Shown here: positions 1 through 8,368 of the stretch, in pieces | Layout: every line of letters starts with the position of its first letter | Position numbering within the stretch: the stretch's first letter is position 1 | Virus record (IMG/VR): IMGVR_UViG_2563366845_000003 | Span: 1 to 40,875 of that record | DNA length: 40,875 nt | From: a virus | Lineage: Duplodnaviria; Heunggongvirae; Uroviricota; Caudoviricetes | Direction: 5' to 3' (one strand) | Translations under genes and position numbers: made by a program | The notes under the pieces: model-generated | The model's database searches: none | The model's input: the letters and a program-made list of their open reading frames with translations, nothing else | Told to the model about the DNA's origin: nothing

Positions 1-1284
1 TTACTTCTTCGCCTCTGCAACCACTTTGCTACCCACGCCGCGGTTATTGTATTCCCACATGCGGTTGTAGTTAGTGTCATTCAGATTGCGCTGTACTTCG
101 TCGTTATCATCAACGTTGCCAGTATTACCCGCAAACGGACGATTGGAAATCACCGCATCGGCCCACGGTTTCGCCGTGTTAAAACCTTCGTTGATGGCGC
201 TATCACGGATCACTACCTGACCGTTGGTATTGGCATCAACATCCAGCGAGCGGCCCAGTTGCGCCACGCCATCCCCGGAAGCATTGAAACGGCTGTTTAC
301 GGCGAGGAAACCGTAGTAAATGTTGGACAGCGTAGCCGGTGCAAACACATACGCTTCTTGCTGGGTACGGGAGTTCACCACGCGGAATTCGGTGTTATCG
401 AACACCACTGCGCCGCGACCAGAAACGATATCCACATCCCCTTCAATGTAGCTGTTAGTCACCAGGGTACGCGGCTGACGGTTGCTTTCCAGACGGTTTT
501 GCACACCGCTGTTGGTGACAAAGAAGGTATTCTGGCGACCGAGAATATTGACGTTATTGATCTGCACTTTGTCGCCATCAGTACGCAGTGCCACCGCCGG
601 ATGGTTACCCGCATCTACGCTATCGCCCAGTGTGTTTTCGATGGTCAGGTTTTGCAGTTGCAGGCCATTGTTTTGTGACCAGAAGACCGCAGAACAGAGC
701 ACGCCAATGCTGTCGCTGCGTTTGCTCTGGCAGCTATCGTACATATACCACGCTGGTTTACCCGGCATATATTTGCCGCGTGGGTTGACGTCGTGACGCC
801 AGTCGGCTGGGCTCATGCCCCCATCAAGGGAAAGCCCAATTTTCACATCAATCGGTTTTTCACCTGTACCGTACAGAGTAATTCCACCCGGAGCGGCAGG
901 GACATACACCGTTCCCTGATACTCACCAGGCATCACGGCAATATACTGGCGCTTGTTGGTACGCTTGATAATTGCCGCATCTACCGCCGCCTGAATCGTG
1001 GTATGCGTTACACCTTGAGTACCCGCCGGGCCGACAACAAAGTCAGGTTGTGCAGGCAGGGTAATCGGGGAAGGATTCCACGCTGCAGCACCTGGTGTCA
1101 GGGATGCAAAATAGTGTTGAGCATCGAAATTCTGCGCTTCTTTTGCCGACAGAATCGGGCGAGAAGAGGTACCAGGCGCGGTTTGATCAGAAGGACGTTG
1201 ATCGGGCGGTGTTGAGCTACAGGCGGTCAGCGTCACGCCAAAAGCCAATGCCAGCGCCAGACGGGAAACTGAAAATGTGTTCAC
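1..1284 (-). CDS. ybhC: Host lipoprotein YbhC (pectinesterase-like / acyl-CoA thioesterase family); the gene that flanks att-lambda in E. coli
   Basis: 427 aa ORF with lipoprotein signal (LTAC lipobox) and YbhC-like sequence; GTG start at 1282..1284; lies immediately outside the att core. Confidence 0.85.
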   Translation of the reverse strand: MNTFSVSRLALALAFGVTLTACSSTPPDQRPSDQTAPGTSSRPILSAKEAQNFDAQHYFASLTPGAAAWNPSPITLPAQPDFVVGPAGTQGVTHTTIQAAVDAAIIKRTNKRQYIAVMPGEYQGTVYVPAAPGGITLYGTGEKPIDVKIGLSLDGGMSPADWRHDVNPRGKYMPGKPAWYMYDSCQSKRSDSIGVLCSAVFWSQNNGLQLQNLTIENTLGDSVDAGNHPAVALRTDGDKVQINNVNILGRQNTFFVTNSGVQNRLESNRQPRTLVTNSYIEGDVDIVSGRGAVVFDNTEFRVVNSRTQQEAYVFAPATLSNIYYGFLAVNSRFNASGDGVAQLGRSLDVDANTNGQVVIRDSAINEGFNTAKPWADAVISNRPFAGNTGNVDDNDEVQRNLNDTNYNRMWEYNNRGVGSKVVAEAKK

Positions 1285-1330
1285 AGGTTGCTCCGGGCTA
1301 TGAAATAGAAAAATGAATCCGTTGAAGCCT

Positions 1331-1345
1331 GCTTTTTTATACTAA
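1331..1345. other. Prophage attachment site attL core (lambda att core GCTTTTTTATACTAA); lambda P' arm follows to about 1420
   Basis: Exact 15 bp lambda core at 1331..1345; sequence to its right matches the lambda P' arm (gcattataaaaaagcattgcttatcaatttgttgcaacgaacaggtcactatcagtcaaaataaaatcattatttg) and to its left reads as host (B arm, ccgttgaagcct). Confidence 0.9.
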
Positions 1346-1418
1346 GTAGGCATTATAAAAAAGCATTGCTTATCAATTTGTTGCAACGAACAGGTCACTA
1401 TCAGTCAAAATAAAATCA

Positions 1419-2489
1419 TTATTTGATTTCAATTTTGTCCCACTCCCTGCCTCTGTCATCACGATACTGTGATGCCATGGTGTCCGACTTATGCCCGAGA
1501 AGATGTTGAGCAAACTTATCGCTTATCTGCTTCTCATAGAGTCTTGCAGACAAACTGCGCAACTCGTGAAAGGTAGGCGGATCCCCTTCGAAGGAAAGAC
1601 CTGATGCTTTTCGTGCGCGCATAAAATACCTTGATACTGTGCCGGATGAAAGCGGTTCACGACGAGTAGATGCAATTATGGTTTCTCCGCCAAGAATCTC
1701 TTTGCATTTATCAAGTGTTTCCTTCATTGATATCCCGAGAGCATCAACATGCAATGTTGTTGGGATGGCAATTTTTACGCCTGTTTTGCTTTGCTCGACA
1801 TAAAGATATCCATCTACGATATCAGACCACTTCATTTCGCATAAATCACCAACTCGTTGCCCGGTAACAACAGCCAGTTCCATTGCAAGTCTGAGCCAAC
1901 ATGGTGATGATTCTGCTGCTTGATAAATTTTCAGGTATTCGTCAGCCGTAAGTCTTGATCTCCTTACCTCTGATTTTGCTGCGCGAGTAGCAGCGACCGG
2001 GTTTGTTGTTATATGGCCTTCAGCTATTGCCTCTCGGAATGCATCGCTCAGTGTTGATCTGATTAACTTGGCTGACGCCGCCTTGCCCTCGTCTATGTAT
2101 CCATTGAGCATTGCTGCAATTTCTTTTGTGGTGATGTCTTCAAGTGGAGCATCAGGCAGACCCCTCCTTATTGCTTTAATTTTGCTCATGTAATTTATGA
2201 GTGTCTTCTGCTTGATTCCTCTGCTGGCGAGGATTTTTTCGTAGCGATCAAGCCATGAATGTAACGTAACAGAATTATCACTGTTGATTCTCGCTGTCAG
2301 AGGCTTGTGTTTGTGTCCTGAAAATAACTCAATGTTGGCCTGTATAGCTTCAGTGATTGCTATCCTCCTGTCTCGGCCTAATCCAAACTCTTTACCCGTC
2401 CTTGGGTCCCTGTAGCAGTAATATCCATTGTTTCTTATATAAAGGTTAGGGGGTAAATCCCGGCGCTCATGACTTCGCCTTCTTCCCAT
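1419..2489 (-). CDS. int: Lambda-type tyrosine integrase Int
   Basis: 356 aa, begins MGRRRSHERRDLPPNLYIRNNGYYCYRDPRTGKEFGLG, essentially lambda Int; overlaps xis by 23 bp as in lambda. Confidence 0.97.
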   Translation of the reverse strand: MGRRRSHERRDLPPNLYIRNNGYYCYRDPRTGKEFGLGRDRRIAITEAIQANIELFSGHKHKPLTARINSDNSVTLHSWLDRYEKILASRGIKQKTLINYMSKIKAIRRGLPDAPLEDITTKEIAAMLNGYIDEGKAASAKLIRSTLSDAFREAIAEGHITTNPVAATRAAKSEVRRSRLTADEYLKIYQAAESSPCWLRLAMELAVVTGQRVGDLCEMKWSDIVDGYLYVEQSKTGVKIAIPTTLHVDALGISMKETLDKCKEILGGETIIASTRREPLSSGTVSRYFMRARKASGLSFEGDPPTFHELRSLSARLYEKQISDKFAQHLLGHKSDTMASQYRDDRGREWDKIEIK

Positions 2490-2685
2490 TTCTGATCCTC
2501 TTCAAAAGGCTACCTGTTACTGGTCGATTTAAGTCAACCTTTACCGCTGATTCGTGGAACAGATACTCTCTTCCATCCTTAACCGGAGGAGGGAATATCC
2601 TGCACTCGCGTACCCATCGACGAACTGTTTCAAGGCTTCTTGGGCGTCGCTGGCGAGCGTTCCACTCCTGAAGTGTCAAGTACAT
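2467..2685 (-). CDS. xis: Excisionase Xis (72 aa)
   Basis: MYLTLQEWNARQRRPRSLETVRRWVRECRIFPPPVKDGREYLFHESAVKVDLNRPVTGSLLKRIRNGKKAKS matches lambda Xis; ATG at 2683..2685 preceded by a GGAG Shine-Dalgarno. Confidence 0.9.
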   Translation of the reverse strand: MYLTLQEWNARQRRPRSLETVRRWVRECRIFPPPVKDGREYLFHESAVKVDLNRPVTGSLLKRIRNGKKAKS

Positions 2686-2955
2686 CGCAAAGTCTCCGCA
2701 ATTACACGCAAGAAAAAGCCGCATTGATGCGGCGATGAATTCAGCATTGGCCTGCTGTTCCATTTGGAAATCTTCATCGAAACCGCTTTCAGGATGCGCT
2801 CCTTCAATTCTGCAAATGGGAAGATATCCAACAACTTCACGATGAATTAGCGCATCACCAGCATCAAATCTCTCCTCTCCATATTCGAGCGACCACGCAC
2901 CACACGTTGCTTTTTCTGCTGCCTCACGCAGTGCCTGATAGTCAATCTTGTTCAT
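2686..2955 (-). CDS. Open reading frame in frame with and directly upstream of xis (90 codons, no intervening stop); hypothetical protein or N-terminal extension
   Basis: ORF 2467..2955 reads MNKIDYQALREAAEKATCGAWSLEYGEERFDAGDALIHREVVGYLPICRIEGAHPESGFDEDFQMEQQANAEFIAASMRLFLACNCGDFA then continues straight into Xis; ATG at 2953..2955. Confidence 0.35.
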
Positions 2956-2956
2956 G

Positions 2957-3256
2957 TCACATCACCCTGAAGCCGTTGCATTTACGTAAGAAATCGCAGA
3001 TATAGCCCTTCATTTTTTCATGCCAATCTCGATCATTCCCATTGCACCACCCATCAGGTGGAGTCCAGTTTTCTATCAGAGCAGCCATTTTCTTTGCTTT
3101 CGCCGGAGTAGCTGTTGCGGTATCGCAGTAATGACGAGTGTCAACAAACTTATCCATGCCATCGATATCAAGTACGCAAAACCATGTGTGATTCGGAATT
3201 CCTACAGGTGGTATTTGTTGCCCACGTCGGCGTTTATCAATGAGATATACACTCAC
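2957..3256 (-). CDS. Hypothetical Cys/His-rich small protein (99 aa)
   Basis: GTG start with strong AAGGAGGT Shine-Dalgarno 6 nt upstream; stop overlaps the next gene start; several C and H residues suggest metal binding. Confidence 0.6.
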   Translation of the reverse strand: MSVYLIDKRRRGQQIPPVGIPNHTWFCVLDIDGMDKFVDTRHYCDTATATPAKAKKMAALIENWTPPDGWCNGNDRDWHEKMKGYICDFLRKCNGFRVM

Positions 3257-3918
3257 TGGTTACCTCCTTTGCGAAGCTCTGCGGCGAACTCGTTAAGTGA
3301 TATGTAGCAATCTCCAAATGTTAACGAACCGCTCGACCGCATATGCTCCATAGCCATCTCCACGCCCTGCGCCCGTACTTCAGCCAGGAAAGCATCGGTG
3401 GCTGGCATATTTCCTGTTGCCTTCATGGCCTCCAAAATAACCAGAACGCCATCTCGCCCAACCACCTCAGCGATAACCTCGGTGTTGTCGCCAACAACAT
3501 CGCAGAATGCCTGAACTGCCTTACGAGCCAGCTCATTCTCCACTGCCAGCGCCGTGCGATTACCCTCCAGCTCTGCAATGCGCTGTTTTGCGGCATCCAG
3601 TTCAATCGACAATTTTTCCAACTGCTCTTGATGCTTCTTGTATTCCTGATATGCGTGCCAAGACTGACCTTTGCGCACACTATCAGTGATATCAGTAATC
3701 TGTTCTGGTGTTAGCGTGGTCAGTGGCTGTGATGGGAAAATAAGCACTTTCCCGGAATCCCAATCAAAACCAGCGTGAATTGACTGAACCTCAACTGAAG
3801 GTGTTGAACCAATGCTGCCAGGCGAATGAACAACGATTGTTACATCCATATCGCGACGATGGCTGTGGTTGTTGGACAAAATACGATTCACCAACTCAGA
3901 AAATTTGGAAAATTTCAT
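3253..3918 (-). CDS. Ea22-like early-left protein (coiled-coil; paralog 1)
   Basis: 221 aa, ATG with AAGGGG Shine-Dalgarno; coiled-coil segment (EQLEKLSIELDAAKQRIAELEGN); shares the [12 protein letters not shown] motif with the neighbouring gene; position matches lambda ea22. Confidence 0.55.
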   Translation of the reverse strand: MKFSKFSELVNRILSNNHSHRRDMDVTIVVHSPGSIGSTPSVEVQSIHAGFDWDSGKVLIFPSQPLTTLTPEQITDITDSVRKGQSWHAYQEYKKHQEQLEKLSIELDAAKQRIAELEGNRTALAVENELARKAVQAFCDVVGDNTEVIAEVVGRDGVLVILEAMKATGNMPATDAFLAEVRAQGVEMAMEHMRSSGSLTFGDCYISLNEFAAELRKGGNQ

Positions 3919-4709
3919 GCTGATTCCCCTTTCTCTGCTCTCTCCTGTCGGAACATCACTATCATCAGGTCGCCTTTTGTCGCTATCCTGGCTGTTGTAC
4001 CTGGTTCAATGCGGCTAAGCTCAAATGCGTCATAGAACGCTTCTAATGCCTTCTGGCGTAGTTCCTGTTTGCGCCGTTTTTTCCACTGTTTTAGGAAAAT
4101 GGAACCCAGCCATCGCCATGTACGGGACATGATGTAAAGCCAACCGCACTGGCTGCTTCCTTTGCGAATCTGTTCCGCCCATTCTTCAAGGGATTTCTCC
4201 GCATATTCACCAGACAGGCCATCAATCGGATGCGCTTCATTAGCCAACTCTTCTTTCGCTGACAAAATCATGCGTGTAACGTCGAAAACTTCACGCAAAG
4301 ACTTATTGATAAATCCGTGATTGAACGCAGCAGCAAGACGGCTGGCGGTATAGTTAATCCCCTCGTTGCGTGCTTCCGCACGAATTTCAGCCAGGAAAGC
4401 ATCGGTGGCTGGGGTTTCAGTAACATCATCTTCCCATTCGCTAAACTCCTCACGACAAAAGTCATTAAATTCCTTCTCAGATTGCTTAAGCGAGGTATTT
4501 TCAGCAGCCATCTTCGCGCATTTAGCCTCAAGGTTATCAATCGTGATTCCAGCAGAACGACACTCCAGCAACGCCGTTTCTAGTTTTGATTCAAGTTCAC
4601 CGAACTTACGCACCAGATATTCAGCGTTTGTTTCGTTAACCTTTAAATCTCTGGGGATGCATTTACCTTTCAGAAAACCATCCATCTCAATTAGTGACAT
4701 TTGTTTCAT
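3915..4709 (-). CDS. Ea22-like early-left protein (paralog 2)
   Basis: Track ORF 3915..4727 begins with GTG; ATG at 4707..4709 with GGAG Shine-Dalgarno is the preferred start; contains [12 protein letters not shown] motif; TGA/ATG overlap with the downstream gene. Confidence 0.55.
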   Translation of the reverse strand: MKQMSLIEMDGFLKGKCIPRDLKVNETNAEYLVRKFGELESKLETALLECRSAGITIDNLEAKCAKMAAENTSLKQSEKEFNDFCREEFSEWEDDVTETPATDAFLAEIRAEARNEGINYTASRLAAAFNHGFINKSLREVFDVTRMILSAKEELANEAHPIDGLSGEYAEKSLEEWAEQIRKGSSQCGWLYIMSRTWRWLGSIFLKQWKKRRKQELRQKALEAFYDAFELSRIEPGTTARIATKGDLMIVMFRQERAEKGESA

Positions 4710-4870
4710 TTCTTCCCACTCCGCCACATTGCATTCAGATATTTGTTGTCATTAACAGAGCCGAAACTATTTCTCTTAAGCAATTCCTCTCTCGATGGCA
4801 TTGGCTTTACGCGTTGGCGAATAATCATTTCTGCCGGAAGAATGCCGGGATTGTATGCAAGTCCTCTCAT
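4706..4870 (-). CDS. Small hypothetical protein (54 aa), translationally coupled
   Basis: ATG 4868..4870 overlaps the stop of the upstream gene (ATGA); GGAGAG Shine-Dalgarno; translation [54 protein letters not shown]; below the ORF-track size cut-off. Confidence 0.35.
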   Translation of the reverse strand: MRGLAYNPGILPAEMIIRQRVKPMPSREELLKRNSFGSVNDNKYLNAMWRSGKK

Positions 4871-5148
4871 GATTTACTCTCCATGAACTGGTCAACAGCC
4901 ATGCTAAGTGATACACCTAAAGTCTCGATATGCTGCTGAATATCCTGTAGCGTCTGCGCCTGAGATAACAGGATTTCACGGTTGCATAACTCTTTGACCA
5001 GATGCTCAAACTTGCTGTAATAACCGATACGGCTTAGTGTTTCTTTCCCTGCATTCTCACCTTCTTTGATAATTCCTCTTTCGCTAAGAATCAGATCGTG
5101 TTTAGTTCCGGTAATAACGTATTTTCCGAGGTCGATGTTTAGCTTCAT
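4867..5148 (-). CDS. Hypothetical protein (93 aa)
   Basis: ATG-initiated ORF in the leftward early operon; no recognisable motif. Confidence 0.55.
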   Translation of the reverse strand: MKLNIDLGKYVITGTKHDLILSERGIIKEGENAGKETLSRIGYYSKFEHLVKELCNREILLSQAQTLQDIQQHIETLGVSLSMAVDQFMESKS

Positions 5149-5164
5149 TGTTAATTACTCCATG

Positions 5165-5479
5165 TTAATTTATTCGTATGCCTGCTCTTTCTTCATCGAG
5201 TTTTTTTAGCTTGTATCGCATAGCTCTTACTGAATAAATTGAGCGGCAGGTTGCAATTGCTATTTCTTCTGCGGAGAACTTACCGAAAAGTGATACTTCG
5301 GCTCTTGTCCAGCGTCTTCCACGAAGTCGGCTAACAATGTCAGCTCCAATCCTTGTTGCTTTCGCCATTACTGCTTTTTCAGTCCTTTCCAGTTTTTCAG
5401 CGATAACTTCAACTGGCATTGTCGCCGCCACTTCGCGCAAGAAATCGACCTCCCATTTCTCCCATGGAGTCTTTTTCAT
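5165..5479 (-). CDS. Hypothetical protein (104 aa) with two tandem W-x-E-V motif repeats, possibly DNA-binding
   Basis: ATG-initiated; internal repeat (WEKWEVDFLREVAA / WTRAEVSLFGKFSAEEIA) resembles tandem helix-type DNA-binding repeats. Confidence 0.5.
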   Translation of the reverse strand: MKKTPWEKWEVDFLREVAATMPVEVIAEKLERTEKAVMAKATRIGADIVSRLRGRRWTRAEVSLFGKFSAEEIAIATCRSIYSVRAMRYKLKKLDEERAGIRIN

Positions 5480-5490
5480 AGGCGATACCG

Positions 5491-5973
5491 TTATTTGATA
5501 AGAAGTGAAGGTTTCCCAACTTTGAGTTGAGCGCCGGGGATATTTATTCCTGCTTTTAGTTGGTGTTTGATTGCCAGTTTGTCGGCTTTAATTGTCGTTT
5601 CAAACTCAACGTATTCAGGAGGAAGGGCGCTTGAGTCGATGATTTCTACAGTTTCTGACGGTTTGCGGATTGTTACCTGGTGAATACCTGCTCGAATCTT
5701 TTTCTTGCCAACCATTTCAAGCGATGACGCTATATACGCCATAATGCTGTCAATCTTGTTTTGAATTACTGCGGCTCGCTCATTTAGTGACTTTGCCTCT
5801 TCCTTGAGGCGTTCAGCATAACCAGATTCATTTTTAATAATGGCAAGAAGTTGCTCTATTTTATCGGTAAATTCTCCTTCCATGCCTTCTATTGTGTCAG
5901 CAATCATCTCTGGTTCTAAATCTGAATCCATTAATTTTGCGTATTCATTGGCAATTTCATACAGTTTGCTCAC
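5491..5973 (-). CDS. Recombination-associated protein, Gp157-like (partner of RecT/Erf in many phages)
   Basis: 160 aa; GTG start with GGAGG Shine-Dalgarno; sits immediately upstream of recT; family assignment from memory of sequence character only. Confidence 0.5.
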   Translation of the reverse strand: MSKLYEIANEYAKLMDSDLEPEMIADTIEGMEGEFTDKIEQLLAIIKNESGYAERLKEEAKSLNERAAVIQNKIDSIMAYIASSLEMVGKKKIRAGIHQVTIRKPSETVEIIDSSALPPEYVEFETTIKADKLAIKHQLKAGINIPGAQLKVGKPSLLIK

Positions 5974-6859
5974 TGGCAGCCTCCAGTTTCGCTTTGCATT
6001 CTATGTAAATGGCTTGTACGTTCTGCTGCAATTTCATTCCAGATGTCAGTCGATATGCTTCTGCAAAATATCGCTTCAAATCATCCATGTTTTCTGCCTG
6101 ATCCATTTCATCACAAAGAAGTTGTGCTTTTTCCATTATTTCCTGCTGGCGTTTCCGTTCATCTTCGCGGATATCTTCCTCTGATTTGTGCGGCATAACT
6201 GGTTCCTGATGCATACCTTCATCTTCGTTAAGCAGGTGAATGGCATTATCCAGTCGCTGGGCTTTAGGCCAGTATTTGCTGGCGCGTTTAACTATTGTTT
6301 TACGCGCCATCTCTTCCCAGAATGTTTTCCACGGTCCATTCTTTGCCTTGCTCGTTGCTTCCACAGCTTTAATTTCTGCCAGACTCATTTCTTCAGTCAG
6401 GTAGTCACCATCTGCTGTTTTAACCGTGCAATAACCTCCAACAATAGAGCCTCGCTCACCAAATGCGTTGTATTTGTGGGTTGGTGCTGAATCAAGGCCA
6501 TTTGATTCATAGGTGTCGTTTGAGTACACCAGTTTGCATTGCCCCCACTTAATTGATCCTGTCGATTGCGCAAGATGAAGTAATCCCATGTAACTGATAT
6601 CAAGGCACACCATGCCGTCGCGCGGAACCAGATAAGCCAGTTTGCTGGCCGGGTTTAAGGTGATGCCGATCGCCGCAACATTGATGATGGCGTTCTGTGC
6701 GCTGGTTGGATTTGCCAGTGCCGTTTTAGCCAGGTAATCGTTTTTCTGGAAATACTGAATTGCAAACTGGCTTTCCTTAGCCCATGTCACCGTCTGTTCA
6801 GTCAATGCTCCGCAGAATAACTGCTCTTGCTGTTTAACGAATTCAACGATATTGCTCAT
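5957..6859 (-). CDS. recT: RecT-family single-strand annealing recombinase (lambda Bet analog)
   Basis: 300 aa; motif GPWKTFWEEMARKTIVKRASKYWP matches the RecT signature (GPWVTHWEEMAKKTAIRRLFKYLP in Rac RecT). Confidence 0.85.
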   Translation of the reverse strand: MSNIVEFVKQQEQLFCGALTEQTVTWAKESQFAIQYFQKNDYLAKTALANPTSAQNAIINVAAIGITLNPASKLAYLVPRDGMVCLDISYMGLLHLAQSTGSIKWGQCKLVYSNDTYESNGLDSAPTHKYNAFGERGSIVGGYCTVKTADGDYLTEEMSLAEIKAVEATSKAKNGPWKTFWEEMARKTIVKRASKYWPKAQRLDNAIHLLNEDEGMHQEPVMPHKSEEDIREDERKRQQEIMEKAQLLCDEMDQAENMDDLKRYFAEAYRLTSGMKLQQNVQAIYIECKAKLEAASEQTV

Positions 6860-7167
6860 GCTGCTTCTCCAAAAATGTGTCTGCGTTTGAATATTGCGAA
6901 GGCATATTCAGCCTTAACTCTTTCGGTTATTGCATCCCAGAACCATTCAGCGGCTTTTTCCTGATAGTTACAGTCATCATCTTCCAGCCAGTCGATAGCG
7001 TCCTTAGTGTGTTCATCTGGTTTATATGAGCGAAGCATTTCGCTTATTGGGTCGCAACGTTTGCAGAGGCGATCAACTTCACTGTTGATTCGTTCGTAAT
7101 CTTCATCAGTAAAACTTGCGATGATTTGCGATATTTCACGCTTATCATTCAGAGTCAGAATCATCAT
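6856..7167 (-). CDS. Hypothetical protein (103 aa) in the position of lambda gam
   Basis: ATGATG start; stop overlaps recT start (ATGA); acidic with several Cys; no similarity to lambda Gam apparent. Confidence 0.5.
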   Translation of the reverse strand: MMILTLNDKREISQIIASFTDEDYERINSEVDRLCKRCDPISEMLRSYKPDEHTKDAIDWLEDDDCNYQEKAAEWFWDAITERVKAEYAFAIFKRRHIFGEAA

Positions 7168-7252
7168 CTTTCTCCTGTTCTTTGTGCTGATTGAGCATTT
7201 TGTTCATCTGACGAATGAATTCCTCGTCTGACCAGTTATCTGTAAAACTCAT
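7145..7252 (-). CDS. Very small hypothetical protein (35 aa), translationally coupled to kil-like gene
   Basis: ATG 7250..7252 overlaps the kil-like stop (ATGA); translation MSFTDNWSDEEFIRQMNKMLNQHKEQEKDDDSDSE. Confidence 0.25.
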   Translation of the reverse strand: MSFTDNWSDEEFIRQMNKMLNQHKEQEKDDDSDSE

Positions 7253-7401
7253 TTCCTGCGATACCACGGAAGGTTGATAGCTGATTTCATCGCTTTATTT
7301 GCTTCAAGCCACATTTTGGAATCACCAATAAATCTGGCTATTACTGCTTTGTTTTGTGCTGCACGAAGCATCTGGTGATTGATGGCTATTTCATTGCGCA
7401 T
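7249..7401 (-). CDS. kil: Kil-like small protein (lambda Kil family, host division inhibitor)
   Basis: 50 aa MRNEIAINHQMLRAAQNKAVIARFIGDSKMWLEANKAMKSAINLPWYRRK; FIGD-KM motif recalled for lambda Kil; GGAGG Shine-Dalgarno; between cIII and the recombination genes as in lambda. Confidence 0.45.
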   Translation of the reverse strand: MRNEIAINHQMLRAAQNKAVIARFIGDSKMWLEANKAMKSAINLPWYRRK

Positions 7402-7520
7402 AACGCCTCCAGTTGTTTCTTTGCTGCTCTGATTAATTGTTTAACTCGGCGTGATAATTCAGATTCGTGCGGGTAGAAAGCGGACATGACGCCGCTACCC
7501 GCGAGCTGAAAGTGCATCAT
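7386..7520 (-). CDS. cIII: CIII-like protein (FtsH inhibitor that stabilises CII)
   Basis: 44 aa MMHFQLAGSGVMSAFYPHESELSRRVKQLIRAAKKQLEALCAMK; resembles the lambda CIII core (AGWPVAGCPSESLLERITRKLRDGW); GGAG Shine-Dalgarno; the track ORF 7386..7625 is an upstream over-extension. Confidence 0.55.
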   Translation of the reverse strand: MMHFQLAGSGVMSAFYPHESELSRRVKQLIRAAKKQLEALCAMK

Positions 7521-7584
7521 GGGTAACTCCTTATATTTGATTGCATAACGAAAACGCCTCGAGTGAAGCGTTATTGGTATGCAT

Positions 7585-7610
7585 ATAAAAAAGCCCTCAC
7601 ATTGGAGGGC
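7585..7610 (-). terminator. Intrinsic terminator on the minus strand, about 65 nt upstream of cIII
   Basis: Minus-strand hairpin GCCCTC-caatgt-GAGGGC followed by TTTTTTAT. Confidence 0.6.
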
Positions 7611-7673
7611 AAAGAAGATTTCCAATAATCAGAACAAGTCGGCTCCTGTTTAGTTACGAGCGACATTGCTCCG

Positions 7674-7700
7674 TGTATTCACTCGTTGGAATGAATACAC
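7674..7700. repeat. Perfect 9 bp inverted repeat with 9 bp spacer (GTGTATTCA-N9-TGAATACAC)
   Basis: Read directly; lies in the non-coding stretch between the two leftward terminators. Confidence 0.6.
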
Positions 7701-7728
7701 AGTGCAGTGTTTATTCTGTTGTTAGTGC

Positions 7729-7754
7729 CAAAAATAAAGGCCGGCTATGCGGCC
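7729..7754 (-). terminator. Intrinsic terminator (tL-like) at the 3' end of the accessory gene
   Basis: Minus-strand GC-only 5 bp stem GGCCG-catagc-CGGCC followed by TTTATTTTTGG; overlaps the stop codon at 7745..7747. Confidence 0.55.
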
Positions 7755-8368
7755 TCGGAAGGAAGTCCAATCATCTTATTCAAATCTTCTACCCGTAAAG
7801 CAGGAAGTGCTGTACTTGCTTTATCTGCTTCTTTTGGTAGCAACTCTTTGCTTTCAGGCCAAACTTCAATAAGTCGCTTAACTGTTGTGACTGAGTTCAA
7901 AGCAGCCCATACATTTGATTTGATATCCTTTTTCTTGACTTCAAGTTTTTGTTGCAATGCGCAGATTTCATCAAACCTTTTTGTTATTTCGTGTTCTGCG
8001 TCAAACATGCATTTATCTTTTTCTGGGGTGGGGAGCAATATATCTTCACCGTTGCCGTCTTTTCCGTATGAATGCCAGCCAACTCTTCTGCCAGATACAG
8101 TCAGATAAATTGATGTAGAACGAACATCGTATGAGTAAAATGAACATCCCAGTTTTTTAAGTTCTTCACTTATAGCTACTAACTTGGATGATAACTGATC
8201 CACTTCCTCAGTTTTCTTTTTACCGCCAAACGCAATAACTCTGGCGTCAAGTGCAAGCTGGTTCTTTAACTTTGTTACTTCTTCAAGTTCAGTGAAAACC
8301 CCAGACTTAATTAAAGCGTTACGAGCGATTTCCTCTTTCATTCTCGTAGTTAAGCGGATTGATGACAT
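7745..8368 (-). CDS. Hypothetical accessory protein (207 aa, hydrophilic, Lys/Glu-rich, coiled-coil-like); function unknown
   Basis: ATG at 8366..8368 (MSSIRLTTRMKEEIARNALIKS) with GAGAGGAA Shine-Dalgarno; the track ORF begins upstream at a TTG; followed by its own terminator; occupies the lambda ral/sieB/ea10 position. Confidence 0.7.
   Translation of the reverse strand: MSSIRLTTRMKEEIARNALIKSGVFTELEEVTKLKNQLALDARVIAFGGKKKTEEVDQLSSKLVAISEELKKLGCSFYSYDVRSTSIYLTVSGRRVGWHSYGKDGNGEDILLPTPEKDKCMFDAEHEITKRFDEICALQQKLEVKKKDIKSNVWAALNSVTTVKRLIEVWPESKELLPKEADKASTALPALRVEDLNKMIGLPSEAA

Noticed and set aside
7707-8108. 133 aa plus-strand ORF (GTG start) overlapping the accessory gene on the opposite strand
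   Set aside because: Lies entirely antisense to a better-supported gene with Shine-Dalgarno and terminator; no ribosome-binding site; typical shadow ORF.
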